Shown: one piece after another, positions 40,800-49,929 of the stretch
Layout of the letters: each line of letters opens with the position of its first letter
Numbering within the stretch: position 1 is the first letter of the stretch
Source: Cyanobacteria bacterium P01_F01_bin.150
GTDB taxonomy: Bacteria; Cyanobacteriota; Cyanobacteriia; CAKZMO01
Length of the DNA stretch: 64,000 nt
Assembly (NCBI GenBank): GCA_039189765.1
Contig: JBCCYL010000004.1
Coordinates: 32,001-96,000, forward strand
Reading direction: 5' to 3'
Program-made: the position numbers and the translations under genes
Notes under the pieces: model-generated
What the model was told of the DNA's origin: nothing
What the model saw: the letters and a program-made list of their open reading frames with translations, nothing else
Databases searched by the model: none

Positions 40800-41034
40800 C
40801 GGACAACTCCTTATTTATCAATGAACGATTAGTGTGCTTTCGAATTAATCCTAATGACGGATGGCCAGCTTTAGCCGGTTAATGTGGGCATGAAACATTT
40901 CAAGTAGACATTTCTGACTGTCCCAAAGCGGCACCTATACAGGCATGAGTTAGGACAGAAGAGAGGAGGATATTTTCAATATCTAGTCATTGATTCCGGC
41001 GAACTATAGTGCCCCCTCTAGCTATATCGATGAA

Positions 41035-41985
41035 TTAAACAGCTACTGATTCCGCCTGTTTCTCTACGCGATTACGAAAGTCCTCAATCATCAGCTCAAG
41101 CCCTTTTTCAAGAGGGATAGTGGGTTCCCACCCTAAATATGTTTTTGCCTTAGTGATATCAGGCTTCCGGCGTAAGGGGTCGTCCTGAGGAAGAGGCTGG
41201 AACTGAATATTCGCATTTGGATTGATTCGCTTCTGAATTTCTTCTGCCAGCTGTAATATGGTGTACTCTCCTGGATTACCCAAGTTAACAGGCCCTATAT
41301 AGTCTCCGTTCATCAGCCGCATTAAGCCTTCAACCAAGTCGGAAACATAACAAAAACTGCGGGTTTGAGAGCCATCTCCATAGACTGTCAACGGGTTACC
41401 TTGCAGAGCTTGTACCACAAAGTTGCTTACAACACGGCCATCGTTTTCCAGCATCCGGGGGCCATAGGTGTTAAATATTCGAGCAACTCGGATATCCACA
41501 TCATTCTGGCGATGATAGTCAAATGCCAAAGTTTCGGCAACTCGCTTACCTTCGTCATAACAGCTACGAATACCAATAGTATTTACATTGCCTCTATATT
41601 CTTCTGGCTGGGGGTGTACATCAGGATCCCCATACACCTCAGACGTGGAGGCTAATAAGAAGCGAGCTTTTACCCGCTTAGCCAAGCCCAACATATGTAA
41701 CGTTCCCATCACGTTTGTTTTAATGGTTTTAACCGGATTGTATTGGTAATGAACCGGCGATGCAGGACAAGCCAAATGATAAATTTGATCTACTTCTAAC
41801 CGAATCGGTTCAGTGATATCATGACGAATCATTTCAAAGTAAGGATGGTTAATCCACTTCAAAATGTTCTGCTTGCGCCCAGTGTAGAAATTATCTAAAC
41901 AAACAACGTCATGGCCATCGTTCATCAGCCGATCAATTAAGTGGGAACCAATAAATCCAGCTCCACCCGTGACTAAAATTCTCAT
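41035..41985 (-). CDS. UDP-glucuronate decarboxylase (UDP-xylose synthase)
   Basis: [38 protein letters not shown]. Confidence 0.93.
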   Translation of the reverse strand: MRILVTGGAGFIGSHLIDRLMNDGHDVVCLDNFYTGRKQNILKWINHPYFEMIRHDITEPIRLEVDQIYHLACPASPVHYQYNPVKTIKTNVMGTLHMLGLAKRVKARFLLASTSEVYGDPDVHPQPEEYRGNVNTIGIRSCYDEGKRVAETLAFDYHRQNDVDIRVARIFNTYGPRMLENDGRVVSNFVVQALQGNPLTVYGDGSQTRSFCYVSDLVEGLMRLMNGDYIGPVNLGNPGEYTILQLAEEIQKRINPNANIQFQPLPQDDPLRRKPDITKAKTYLGWEPTIPLEKGLELMIEDFRNRVEKQAESVAV

Positions 41986-42335
41986 AGTTTTTTGATTTAT
42001 CACTAGAAATGCGATTGGTCATAGATAGTTCGTCTATATCTTAATTTTCTATTAAGATATAAGTATTGCACCCAAGCTAAGTTATTCCCGATTGAATTGT
42101 CCAAGGGGCAATAGGACAATTTCACTCAACATTCATACGGCTAGGCGCAACATGAATTACGGTTGAACGATAATTTAGCGAAAGATTGCCTAAAAGTGAA
42201 ACATACAGGTTGGCATGGTAAGCATCAAATATCTTCGATCAGTATGCCCACGTAACTTTTTTTTCTATCGTATCGCCCAGATTAAGCTAGAATTCATGCA
42301 GGAGCTTATGAAAAATGTAAGCTCCGATGAAATGA

Positions 42336-42367
42336 TTGACTCTCCAGTAAAGCGGAGACTTTACGAT
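42336..42367 (+). promoter_or_regulatory. MerR-family (CueR/ZntR-type) long-spacer promoter of petE
   Basis: -35 TTGACT, 20-bp spacer with dyad TCTCC-N8-GGAGA, -10 TACGAT. Confidence 0.6.
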
Positions 42368-42431
42368 AATATGTGAATTGTGAACTACACTCTGTGTTCT
42401 GCGGAGTGTTGATCGGTAAAATACGGAGAGT

Positions 42432-42815
42432 ATGATGAATATTAAGTCTTTGCGCCACAAGCTAGGAATGATCTTGGCTGTCGCCCTTCTAGTAGTGTCC
42501 AGTGTATTTGTTGCTTCTTCACCAACTTTAGCGGAAACGATTCAGGTTAAGATGGGTTCAGATACTAGTCAGCTAGTGTTTGATCCAAACGACATTACTG
42601 CTAGTCCTGGTGACACTATTGAGTTTGTCGTAAACCAGATGGCTCCTCACAATATTGTGTTTGACTCTGACGCTTTGAAAGCAAGCAACGACCAGCTAAT
42701 GTTTGCGCCTGGAGATAAGTCTACTGTGACTGTCCCCGATGCACCTGGAACCTACAATTTCTACTGTACTCCTCACCGTGGTGCAGGAATGGTTGGGAAG
42801 TTGACCGTTCAGTAG
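42432..42815 (+). CDS. petE: Plastocyanin precursor
   Basis: Signal peptide; Cu ligands in PHNIVF and YCTPHRGAGMVG. Confidence 0.96.
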   Translation: MMNIKSLRHKLGMILAVALLVVSSVFVASSPTLAETIQVKMGSDTSQLVFDPNDITASPGDTIEFVVNQMAPHNIVFDSDALKASNDQLMFAPGDKSTVTVPDAPGTYNFYCTPHRGAGMVGKLTVQ

Positions 42816-42931
42816 ATAGCCTTAGTGTTTCATGGAATGTTCAGTGTGTTCTTGTACCTGCCACTCTGGGTCGCTATCGGTTTCAGAATTTGTTGGTTAA
42901 TGAGATGCACTTTTTGATATTTTTGAGGTCC

Positions 42932-42961
42932 GGGGAAGCTTTAGATTGCTTCCCTTTTTTT
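42932..42961 (+). terminator. petE terminator
   Basis: GGGAAGC-TTTAGATT-GCTTCCC-TTTTTT. Confidence 0.7.
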
Positions 42962-42964
42962 ATT

Positions 42965-43046
42965 GGGGTTTCGTTTTAAGGCGAAACAAAATTAATGGTG
43001 GTGTGGGCGCGTTGCACCCACACCACCCGGCCTAAAAGTTGATGCC
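42965..43046 (+). mobile_element. ~80-bp MITE/REP-like element (subfamily 1), best-preserved copy
   Basis: GGGGTTTCGTTTTAAGGCGAAACAAAATTAAT-GGTGGTGTGGGCGC-GTT-GCACCCACACCACC-CGGCCTAAAAGTTGATGCC. Confidence 0.85.
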
Positions 43047-43083
43047 TTTTATTCGACTGTTTAGCCTTTGTTGCACCTTGCGT

Positions 43084-45051
43084 TTAAGGTGGATAATCTT
43101 CATCATGCGAGTTCTTCAAGTAGGTGTAATGTTGCAGCGATCGCCCATAGGTCTGTAGCAGTAGCTGAGCCTCGTCTAACGTAATGGACTCATCCTGCAA
43201 CGCCTGCTCTGTGCGACGGCGTAAGTTTTCTAGAAGCGCATCTATATCATAAGCAACTGCATTAAGGACTTGCCCAATCGTTTTGCCTTTAATGACTTGG
43301 TCAACCTGATACCCCTTGGCAGTGAGACATATTTGAACAATGTGAGTCTCTCCAAACAGGTTATGGAAACTGCCCATAATTTCCTGGTATGTTCCTCCCA
43401 AAAATAAGCCCAAGAAATAGGGACGATCTGGTTCCAAAGGGTGGAGGTTTAACAAGGGCTGTCTTTCGTTGCGATAGGGAAAATGACTAATCTTGCCATC
43501 ACTATCGCAGGTTAAATCAGCTAGCGTTGCCTGGCAACTTGGATATTCGTTTAAGCGATGAATAGGCATAATGGGGAATAATTGACCGATAGCCCAAGAG
43601 TCAGGTATGGAACGAAATACAGAAAGGTTAATGTAGTAAATGGACGCCATAATCGAGTCTAACTCCATGATATCGTCCGACACATACTCCGCTTGACGAG
43701 CTTCTTGACGAACAATATTAAGAATACGATGACAGGCTACCCAGTAAATTTGCTCAACGGTGGCTCGATCCGACATGCTCAGGTAACCCAGCTTGAAGAG
43801 GCTCAACGCCTCTTCTTTACATTGAATAGCGTCGTGATAAGCTTCCTGATAATTTTGAGAGGTGATCGATTCATACGCCTCCCACATATTACGTAAAACC
43901 AACGGCAGAGACTGAGCTTGTATAGCTGTTGGGGGCGTGAGATTGACGCTAGTGTTTGGTGTATTAGTATCACTGCTGCCCAATACATCAAATATCAGAA
44001 CGGACTGATGAGAAGCGATCGCTCGTCCGCTTTCACTAATGAGAGTGGGAACAGACACCTGACGTGCTTCACAGGCATCTTTTACCGCGGCCACCACATC
44101 ATTGGCATAATTTTGCATGTTGTAGTTTTTAGACGCAGGACCATCAGTTTTGGAGCCGTCATAATCCACTGCCAGTCCTCCACCCACATCTAAAAACTGC
44201 ATATTTGCCCCTGATTGCACCAGCTCCACATAAATCTGGCTGGCTTCCCGGAGCGCGTCTTTGAGCACGCTAATAGAGGAAATTTGAGACCCAATGTGAA
44301 AGTGAAGCAGTTGAAGGCAGTCTAAATGATGATGCGATCGCAGCGTTTCCACTACCGTCATAATTTCGGGAATCGTTAGACCAAATTTGGCACGATCGCC
44401 CGTCGTTTGTGCCCAACGGCCACTTCCTTTTATGCTCAGCTTGACCCTCACTCCTAAAATAGGGCGAATGTTCAGACGGTGACTGACGTTTAAGGCTAGA
44501 TAGAGTTCCGAGGGGCGCTCCAATACAATAATAGGTCGATGGCACAGTCGCTGAGCTAATAAGGCGGCTTCAATATACGGTTCATCTTTATATCCATTGC
44601 AAATCAACAGGGAGTTGGGAGTGTTTAAGGTTGCCAAGGCAATCATTAGTTCTGGTTTAGACCCCGCTTCCAGCCCCAATTGATGAGTCATGCCAAAGCG
44701 CACCACATCTTCAACTAAATGACGTTGTTGGTTGCATTTAATTGGAAATACGCCTTGGTAAGCACCTGGATAGTCGTACCGGGCTATCGCCTTTGCAAAA
44801 CAGGCATTCAAACGCTCAATACGATCCGCTAATATATCGGGAAACCGGATAATCAGCGGTAGTTCTAACTGCCGTTGCTTGAGCGATTCTACTAGCTGAA
44901 ACAAATCTAAGGTTCCACCGCGATCGCCCTTCGGTGAGACGGTAACATGCCCAGCGGCATTGATCGAAAAATAAGGTTCTCCCCAGCCATGGAGATTGTA
45001 TAGTTGCTCACTATCTTCAATTTTCCAGGCATCGACTGACTTCTTGATCAT
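43084..45051 (-). CDS. speA: Biosynthetic arginine decarboxylase
   Basis: WGEPYF, FPIKCNQ (PLP Lys), EAGSKPEL, HFHIGSQ, DVGGGL, DLTCDSDG. Confidence 0.96.
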   Translation of the reverse strand: MIKKSVDAWKIEDSEQLYNLHGWGEPYFSINAAGHVTVSPKGDRGGTLDLFQLVESLKQRQLELPLIIRFPDILADRIERLNACFAKAIARYDYPGAYQGVFPIKCNQQRHLVEDVVRFGMTHQLGLEAGSKPELMIALATLNTPNSLLICNGYKDEPYIEAALLAQRLCHRPIIVLERPSELYLALNVSHRLNIRPILGVRVKLSIKGSGRWAQTTGDRAKFGLTIPEIMTVVETLRSHHHLDCLQLLHFHIGSQISSISVLKDALREASQIYVELVQSGANMQFLDVGGGLAVDYDGSKTDGPASKNYNMQNYANDVVAAVKDACEARQVSVPTLISESGRAIASHQSVLIFDVLGSSDTNTPNTSVNLTPPTAIQAQSLPLVLRNMWEAYESITSQNYQEAYHDAIQCKEEALSLFKLGYLSMSDRATVEQIYWVACHRILNIVRQEARQAEYVSDDIMELDSIMASIYYINLSVFRSIPDSWAIGQLFPIMPIHRLNEYPSCQATLADLTCDSDGKISHFPYRNERQPLLNLHPLEPDRPYFLGLFLGGTYQEIMGSFHNLFGETHIVQICLTAKGYQVDQVIKGKTIGQVLNAVAYDIDALLENLRRRTEQALQDESITLDEAQLLLQTYGRSLQHYTYLKNSHDEDYPP

Positions 45052-45161
45052 TCTGTTTACCTTTTTCTAAAGAGGCATCATTATGTGCGCCTTTTTCTGA
45101 AGAGGAGACCTTTTGCGGAGCCAATATCGGCAAATAATTTTCTGTTACTGGTACAGATATC

Positions 45162-45213
45162 GCTTGAGCAGAACCGGCTTGAGCAGAACCGGCCTGAGCA
45201 GAACCGGCCTGAG
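45162..45213. repeat. 3.5 x 15-bp tandem repeat in speA leader
   Basis: GC(T/C)TGAGCAGAACCG units (QAGSA in ORF 45017-45235). Confidence 0.9.
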
Positions 45214-45261
45214 AAGTCCATTCTTGACTTACCATTGCTTAATCCTATTCATATCCAACTT

Positions 45262-45338
45262 GGGTATCAACTTTAGACGGGTGTTGTAGCGACGCGCCCA
45301 CAACACCGTTCATTTTATTTCGCCTTAAAATGAAACCC
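45262..45338 (-). mobile_element. ~80-bp MITE/REP-like element (subfamily 1)
   Basis: GGGTATCAACTTTAGAC-GGGTGTTGT..GCGACGCGC..ACAACACC..TTTCGCCTTAAAATGAAACCC. Confidence 0.8.
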
Positions 45339-45566
45339 TCCAACGGTCTTCCTTTTTAAGGGAAATTTAGGGGGTTCTCTTGCTTTGGGCATACATTATC
45401 TTTAGGGGAGAATGACATTGCTGTTCTGCATTTATGCCTTTAAATAGCTCAGCGCATTAAAACATAAAAAGCGTTATTCCTTAAATCACTTGTCATACCG
45501 CTATAATCATCCTCATCTGAGCCTCTAACAAGTTGTTAGAAATGGAAGAAGTTTGAATAAAATCGC

Positions 45567-45896
45567 ATGAATGCATTATCAATTCCCACCTGGGTGATTC
45601 ATATCTCCAGTGTTATTGAATGGACTGTTGCCATCTGGGTGATATGGACCTACGCTGAATCCATTCATAATCCTGCATGGCGTGCCCTTTCCCTTGGAAT
45701 GCTTCCCGCACTGGTCAGTGCGATGTGTGCTTGTACGTGGCACTTCTTCGATAACCCTAATTCTTTAGACTGGCTAGTGACGTTACAAGCCGCTACGACT
45801 CTACTAGGAAATTTTACCCTCTGTCTTGCGGGTTGGTGGATCTGGCGCTCTGTCACCATAAGCCCAGAGGGTATCAATGAGGATTCAACAAGGTGA
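45567..45896 (+). CDS. DUF2499 (Ycf49-like) membrane protein
   Basis: ALSIPTWVIHISSVIEW, SAMCACTWHFFDN. Confidence 0.9.
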   Translation: MNALSIPTWVIHISSVIEWTVAIWVIWTYAESIHNPAWRALSLGMLPALVSAMCACTWHFFDNPNSLDWLVTLQAATTLLGNFTLCLAGWWIWRSVTISPEGINEDSTR

Positions 45897-46198
45897 TGAT
45901 GTTATTAGACACTTTACTATCGAAAGAAACACTTTTTGGCCTGTCGCTATTTCCCTATATTGGCTTCTTATGGTTTCTTACTCGTACCCCTGAGACTCCG
46001 CGTCTAGCTCTGATTGGCTTTTACGGCACTTTGGTATTTGTCGCGGTTACCATTCCAGCCGGAATTTATGCTGAACGCGTTTATAATGACGTGCTGGCAA
46101 ATGTTGATGCCATTCACGGTGGAGCTGAATTCTTTCTAACGCTGTCCAATATCTTGGTCGTTGTAGGTTTTTACAAGGCAGTAAGATCAAAACGGTAA
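45893..46198 (+). CDS. DUF3593 membrane protein
   Basis: LFGLSLFPY..FLWF, LANVDAIHGGAE; usual partner of DUF2499. Confidence 0.88.
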   Translation: MMMLLDTLLSKETLFGLSLFPYIGFLWFLTRTPETPRLALIGFYGTLVFVAVTIPAGIYAERVYNDVLANVDAIHGGAEFFLTLSNILVVVGFYKAVRSKR

Positions 46199-46338
46199 AA
46201 TAGTTAACCCTTCCAGCACTATCCGGAACTAGCATTAAGAAATAATACCGGAAACGAATTTTGAACAAAATCGTCTCGTTTCATGCAATAAGGTATTAAC
46301 CCAACCTTCACTCATCTCTTTTTTTTGATTTAGGAATA

Positions 46339-46382
46339 GATATCCCTGAATATATATCTAGAGATATCTATTCAGGGATATC
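46339..46382. repeat. Long palindrome upstream of kinase gene
   Basis: GATATCCCTGAATA-TATATC-TAGA-GATATC-TATTCAGGGATATC. Confidence 0.8.
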
Positions 46383-46409
46383 ATCGCCACTCATACAGAT
46401 GTATTCATC

Positions 46410-48698
46410 ATGATTTGCTGCCTTAATGCACACTGCCAGAAGCCTCTCAATTCCGATGGTGATAAGACTTGTCGGAGCTGTGGGGCACCATTGGTTAATG
46501 CATTGCGCAATCGATATCGCCCTGTTCGGCTGATTGGCCAAGGAGGCTTTGGCCGCACCTATTTGGCACAAGATAAAGACCGTCTGAATGCAAAATGTGT
46601 AATCAAACAATTTTCGCCTCAGGTTCGGACATCCAATGCGATGAACAAAGCTGTCAGCTTGTTTAATCAGGAGGCAATGCGTTTATATGAATTGGGGGAG
46701 CATCCCCAGATTCCAGCTCTGCTGGCATATTTTGAGCAGGACGGCTATCTCTATCTGGTTCAACAGTACGTAGCAGGACAGAGCCTGGCTCAGGAACTTG
46801 TCCGACAGGGACCTTTAACAGAAGGCCAAATTCGCGCTATCCTAGCAGATTTATTGCCTGTTCTCCAATTTGTGCATGGGCACCAGGTGATTCACCGCGA
46901 TATTACTCCCATGAACATTTTGCGTCGTAAAACGGATGGGCGAATGGTTTTGATTGACTTTGGGGTCGCCAAACAACTTAGTGTAGAAATGCCAGCTCAG
47001 CAGGGTACCAGAATTGGAACTGAGGGGTATTCCCCAATTGAACAATTTCGGGGTGGCCGAGCCTATCCGGCCAGTGACTTATATAGTGTGGGGGCAACCT
47101 GTTTACATCTATTGACAAATACTCGGCCTGATTATTTATATGATCCCTTAAATGGAGAGTGGATTTGGCAAGCTCAACTAGCGGAACAAAAGCGATCGCT
47201 CACCCCTGGATTAACCGCTATTTTGGACAAAATGCTTAAGGATCTGGTGAATGAGCGATATCAATCGGCCAATGAAGTTTTAGATTCTTTAGAACGCTTA
47301 GCTCCTGTCAAAACTTCATCGATACCAAAGGGGACTACAAATCAACCAGGTTCTTGGTCAGAGTCTGAAAGTAATACGGGAAACAGTCAAGGAGCAAATG
47401 CTAGCGACCACCAAGGAACAGTGGTATCTCCCTCAGGGGAACGAATCTTTTATCCAATGCGATTGCCATCTAGAGCACCAATATCGAAACCACCCGACCC
47501 ATCATCTTCAATACATAACTCTTCACCCCAGAGTCGCACACCTTTGACACCCAGTCGGCCACCTAGTGGACCACTCAGTCGCCCTCCCCTGCCGCCAAGT
47601 CGGCCACCCAGCGGACCAGGGCTATCAGGGCAACGTTCCGGTGGCCCCCCGAGATTCAAAACCTCCTCCTCCCCGAATCGCTCCCTCCGATCTTCTCCCC
47701 GTCGTTCAACTCCGCCCCCTCCCCCCTCCCGCCCTCCTTATGCAGCATCAGCTCCCCCAATGGCGGCAGCGTCTGTCCCTTTGCGACAGGATGGTATTTC
47801 CTCTACTTCAAAACAATGTTTGTGCCTATATACGTTGAATGCTCATGCCTCATGGATAACGGCTGTCACCACCAGCCCGGCACTATCTATTTTTGCAAGT
47901 AGCGGCTTGGATGATGTCGTCAAAGTTTGGAATTTTCGAACCGGTGAGTTGATGTTTACCCTGAAAGGCCATACAGGGGGCATCAATACAGCATCCTTTT
48001 CTCCCAACGGTAAATTATTGCTTAGCGGCAGTGACGATTACAGCATCAAAATGTGGGATGCAGCTTCAGGTAAGCTACTCCGCACATTAGTTGGGCACAG
48101 CCGAGATGTGACAAGCGTAGTGGTCAGTGCTGATGGCAAATATGTTCTCAGTGGTGGGGCCGATCGGGCTATTCGGATTTGGGATATTGGGTCTGGAAAC
48201 TTACTTAAAGTTCCGTTTGGTGTGGCCAGTATTGTACGGTCCGTTGCGGTTAGTAATGATGGTCAGGTATTTGTCAGCGGTGGCCTTGATCGTAAAATCA
48301 AGCTGTGGGGCATGAAAAGCGCGACATTAGCGAGAGAATGGACGGCTCATCGGGCTGCTGTCACAGCAGTGGCCGTGAGTGCAAACAATCAGATGATCGT
48401 TAGTGCAGGCAAGGATAGAATGATCAAGCTATGGGACTTGCAAACAGGTAAGCTAATTCGAGATTTTAAGGGACATAAGCAAGAGGTAAATGCGATCGCT
48501 CTTACTCCAAATAATCAACATCTAATTAGCGGCAGCCGTGATGCGTCCATTCGGATCTGGGATACGTCCAATGGTAAGACAATTGATGTTATCACCGACC
48601 ATTCCGCTAGCGTGAACGCGATCGCAATTCATAAACAGGGTAAGCACTTTATCAGTGGCAGCTCCGACCTTACCATTCGGGTGTGGCAGTTTCGTTAA
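46410..48698 (+). CDS. Ser/Thr protein kinase with 4-Cys prefix, Pro-rich linker and WD40 propeller
   Basis: GQGGFG, VIK, HRDITPMN, DFG; about seven WD40 repeats. Confidence 0.93.
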   Translation: MICCLNAHCQKPLNSDGDKTCRSCGAPLVNALRNRYRPVRLIGQGGFGRTYLAQDKDRLNAKCVIKQFSPQVRTSNAMNKAVSLFNQEAMRLYELGEHPQIPALLAYFEQDGYLYLVQQYVAGQSLAQELVRQGPLTEGQIRAILADLLPVLQFVHGHQVIHRDITPMNILRRKTDGRMVLIDFGVAKQLSVEMPAQQGTRIGTEGYSPIEQFRGGRAYPASDLYSVGATCLHLLTNTRPDYLYDPLNGEWIWQAQLAEQKRSLTPGLTAILDKMLKDLVNERYQSANEVLDSLERLAPVKTSSIPKGTTNQPGSWSESESNTGNSQGANASDHQGTVVSPSGERIFYPMRLPSRAPISKPPDPSSSIHNSSPQSRTPLTPSRPPSGPLSRPPLPPSRPPSGPGLSGQRSGGPPRFKTSSSPNRSLRSSPRRSTPPPPPSRPPYAASAPPMAAASVPLRQDGISSTSKQCLCLYTLNAHASWITAVTTSPALSIFASSGLDDVVKVWNFRTGELMFTLKGHTGGINTASFSPNGKLLLSGSDDYSIKMWDAASGKLLRTLVGHSRDVTSVVVSADGKYVLSGGADRAIRIWDIGSGNLLKVPFGVASIVRSVAVSNDGQVFVSGGLDRKIKLWGMKSATLAREWTAHRAAVTAVAVSANNQMIVSAGKDRMIKLWDLQTGKLIRDFKGHKQEVNAIALTPNNQHLISGSRDASIRIWDTSNGKTIDVITDHSASVNAIAIHKQGKHFISGSSDLTIRVWQFR

Positions 48699-48801
48699 AA
48701 TGTTGTCAATGTGCATGTCGTCAATGTGCAATTCGGCCCAAGCCAATGAGGTAACTTTTAGATTATCCTTTGGATAGGAGGAGAGGTTGGGAGCAATTTC
48801 C

Positions 48802-49542
48802 ATGGGTAAAGGCTTAAAAGCAGTAATTTTTAACTTTAATGGTGTCATCATCAACGATGAAGCTTTACATCAGGCGCTGCTAGAAAAAGTGTTGCTTGAG
48901 GAGAATATTCAACTCAGATTTGGCGAATATCGGGAGGTGGGTCTTGGGAAAAGCGATCGCGCCTGCTTTGATAATTTCCTGACAAGCCGAGGACGAGCGT
49001 TTACAGATGCAACCTTAGATCTTCTGGTTCAACGCAAGTCTCAGTACTATCAAAATGAGATCACTACCCTAACTCCCCTCCCAATCTACTCAGGTGTCGA
49101 AGATATTATCTTTCGGTTTAGAGCGTTACAGCTTCCGCTGGCTATTGTCAGTGAGGCAGGGCGGCGTGAAATTCAAATTGTGTTAGACCGTTCGGGACTA
49201 GCAACCCATTTCTCAGTCATTGTGGATGGAGAGGACATTCCCCTCAACAAACCGGACCCAACGGGGTTATTAATGGCAATGGAACAGCTTAATAGGTCCT
49301 TTCCGACTCTAGGGCTAGAACCATCAAATTGTTTGGTTATTGAAGATACTCCCGCAGGGATTGAAGCGGCTAAACGAGCAGGCATGACGGTCGTAGGTGT
49401 TGCCAATACCTATCCGTATCATATGATTCAGCGACAAGCCAACTGGGCTGTCGATTATTTAAATGAGTTAGAGTTGGATCGCATCCAATACTGTTTTGAG
49501 GAAGAAAGCGAAGCTGCTCTCTCGGCATCGGCCATCGAATAG
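48802..49542 (+). CDS. HAD-IA family hydrolase-like protein (motif I Asp replaced by Asn)
   Basis: VIFNFNGVII, KPDP, IEDTPAGIEAAKRAGM. Confidence 0.85.
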   Translation: MGKGLKAVIFNFNGVIINDEALHQALLEKVLLEENIQLRFGEYREVGLGKSDRACFDNFLTSRGRAFTDATLDLLVQRKSQYYQNEITTLTPLPIYSGVEDIIFRFRALQLPLAIVSEAGRREIQIVLDRSGLATHFSVIVDGEDIPLNKPDPTGLLMAMEQLNRSFPTLGLEPSNCLVIEDTPAGIEAAKRAGMTVVGVANTYPYHMIQRQANWAVDYLNELELDRIQYCFEEESEAALSASAIE

Positions 49543-49600
49543 TGGGGACGAACATAACCGCACAAAGTCAGTAAGTTTTAGCTTAGAATAGCTATAGTTC

Positions 49601-49673
49601 GGGGAATTAGCTCAGTTGGTAGAGTGCCAGGATCGCACCCTGGAGGTCAGGGGTTCGACTCCCCTATTCTCCA
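49601..49673 (+). tRNA. tRNA-Ala(CGC)
   Basis: Acceptor GGGGAAT/ATTCTCC with G3:U70, D-arm GCTCAGTTGGTAGAGT, anticodon arm CCAGG-ATCGCAC-CCTGG, T-loop GTTCGAC. Confidence 0.96.
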
Positions 49674-49715
49674 TTTCTTGAGAATGCTCAGTAATGGCAT
49701 GAAACCCTGGGCAAG

Positions 49716-49883
49716 ATGAAATTCACCACCGAGAATCAGCTCAAAACATAAAACTAGGAATTGCTGGGCAGCTTGGCACTGGTCATCGTCTGCGATATGT
49801 GGCTTACTGGATTTGATGCCCCATGCCTCCACACCATGTACATCGACAAACCGATTAAAGGGCACAACCTGATGCAGGCGATC
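49716..49883 (+). pseudogene. hsdR: Collapsed remnant of type I restriction endonuclease subunit R
   Basis: Single frame reads [54 protein letters not shown]; the second half is the HsdR helicase motif V-VI signature. Confidence 0.85.
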
Positions 49884-49929
49884 ACCCTAATTGTTCGGAT
49901 TCGCAAGATGGATACAAATTTTGCTTTTG

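Noticed and set aside
49647..49865. 72-aa minus-strand ORF
   Set aside because: Antisense to the hsdR remnant and overlaps the tRNA
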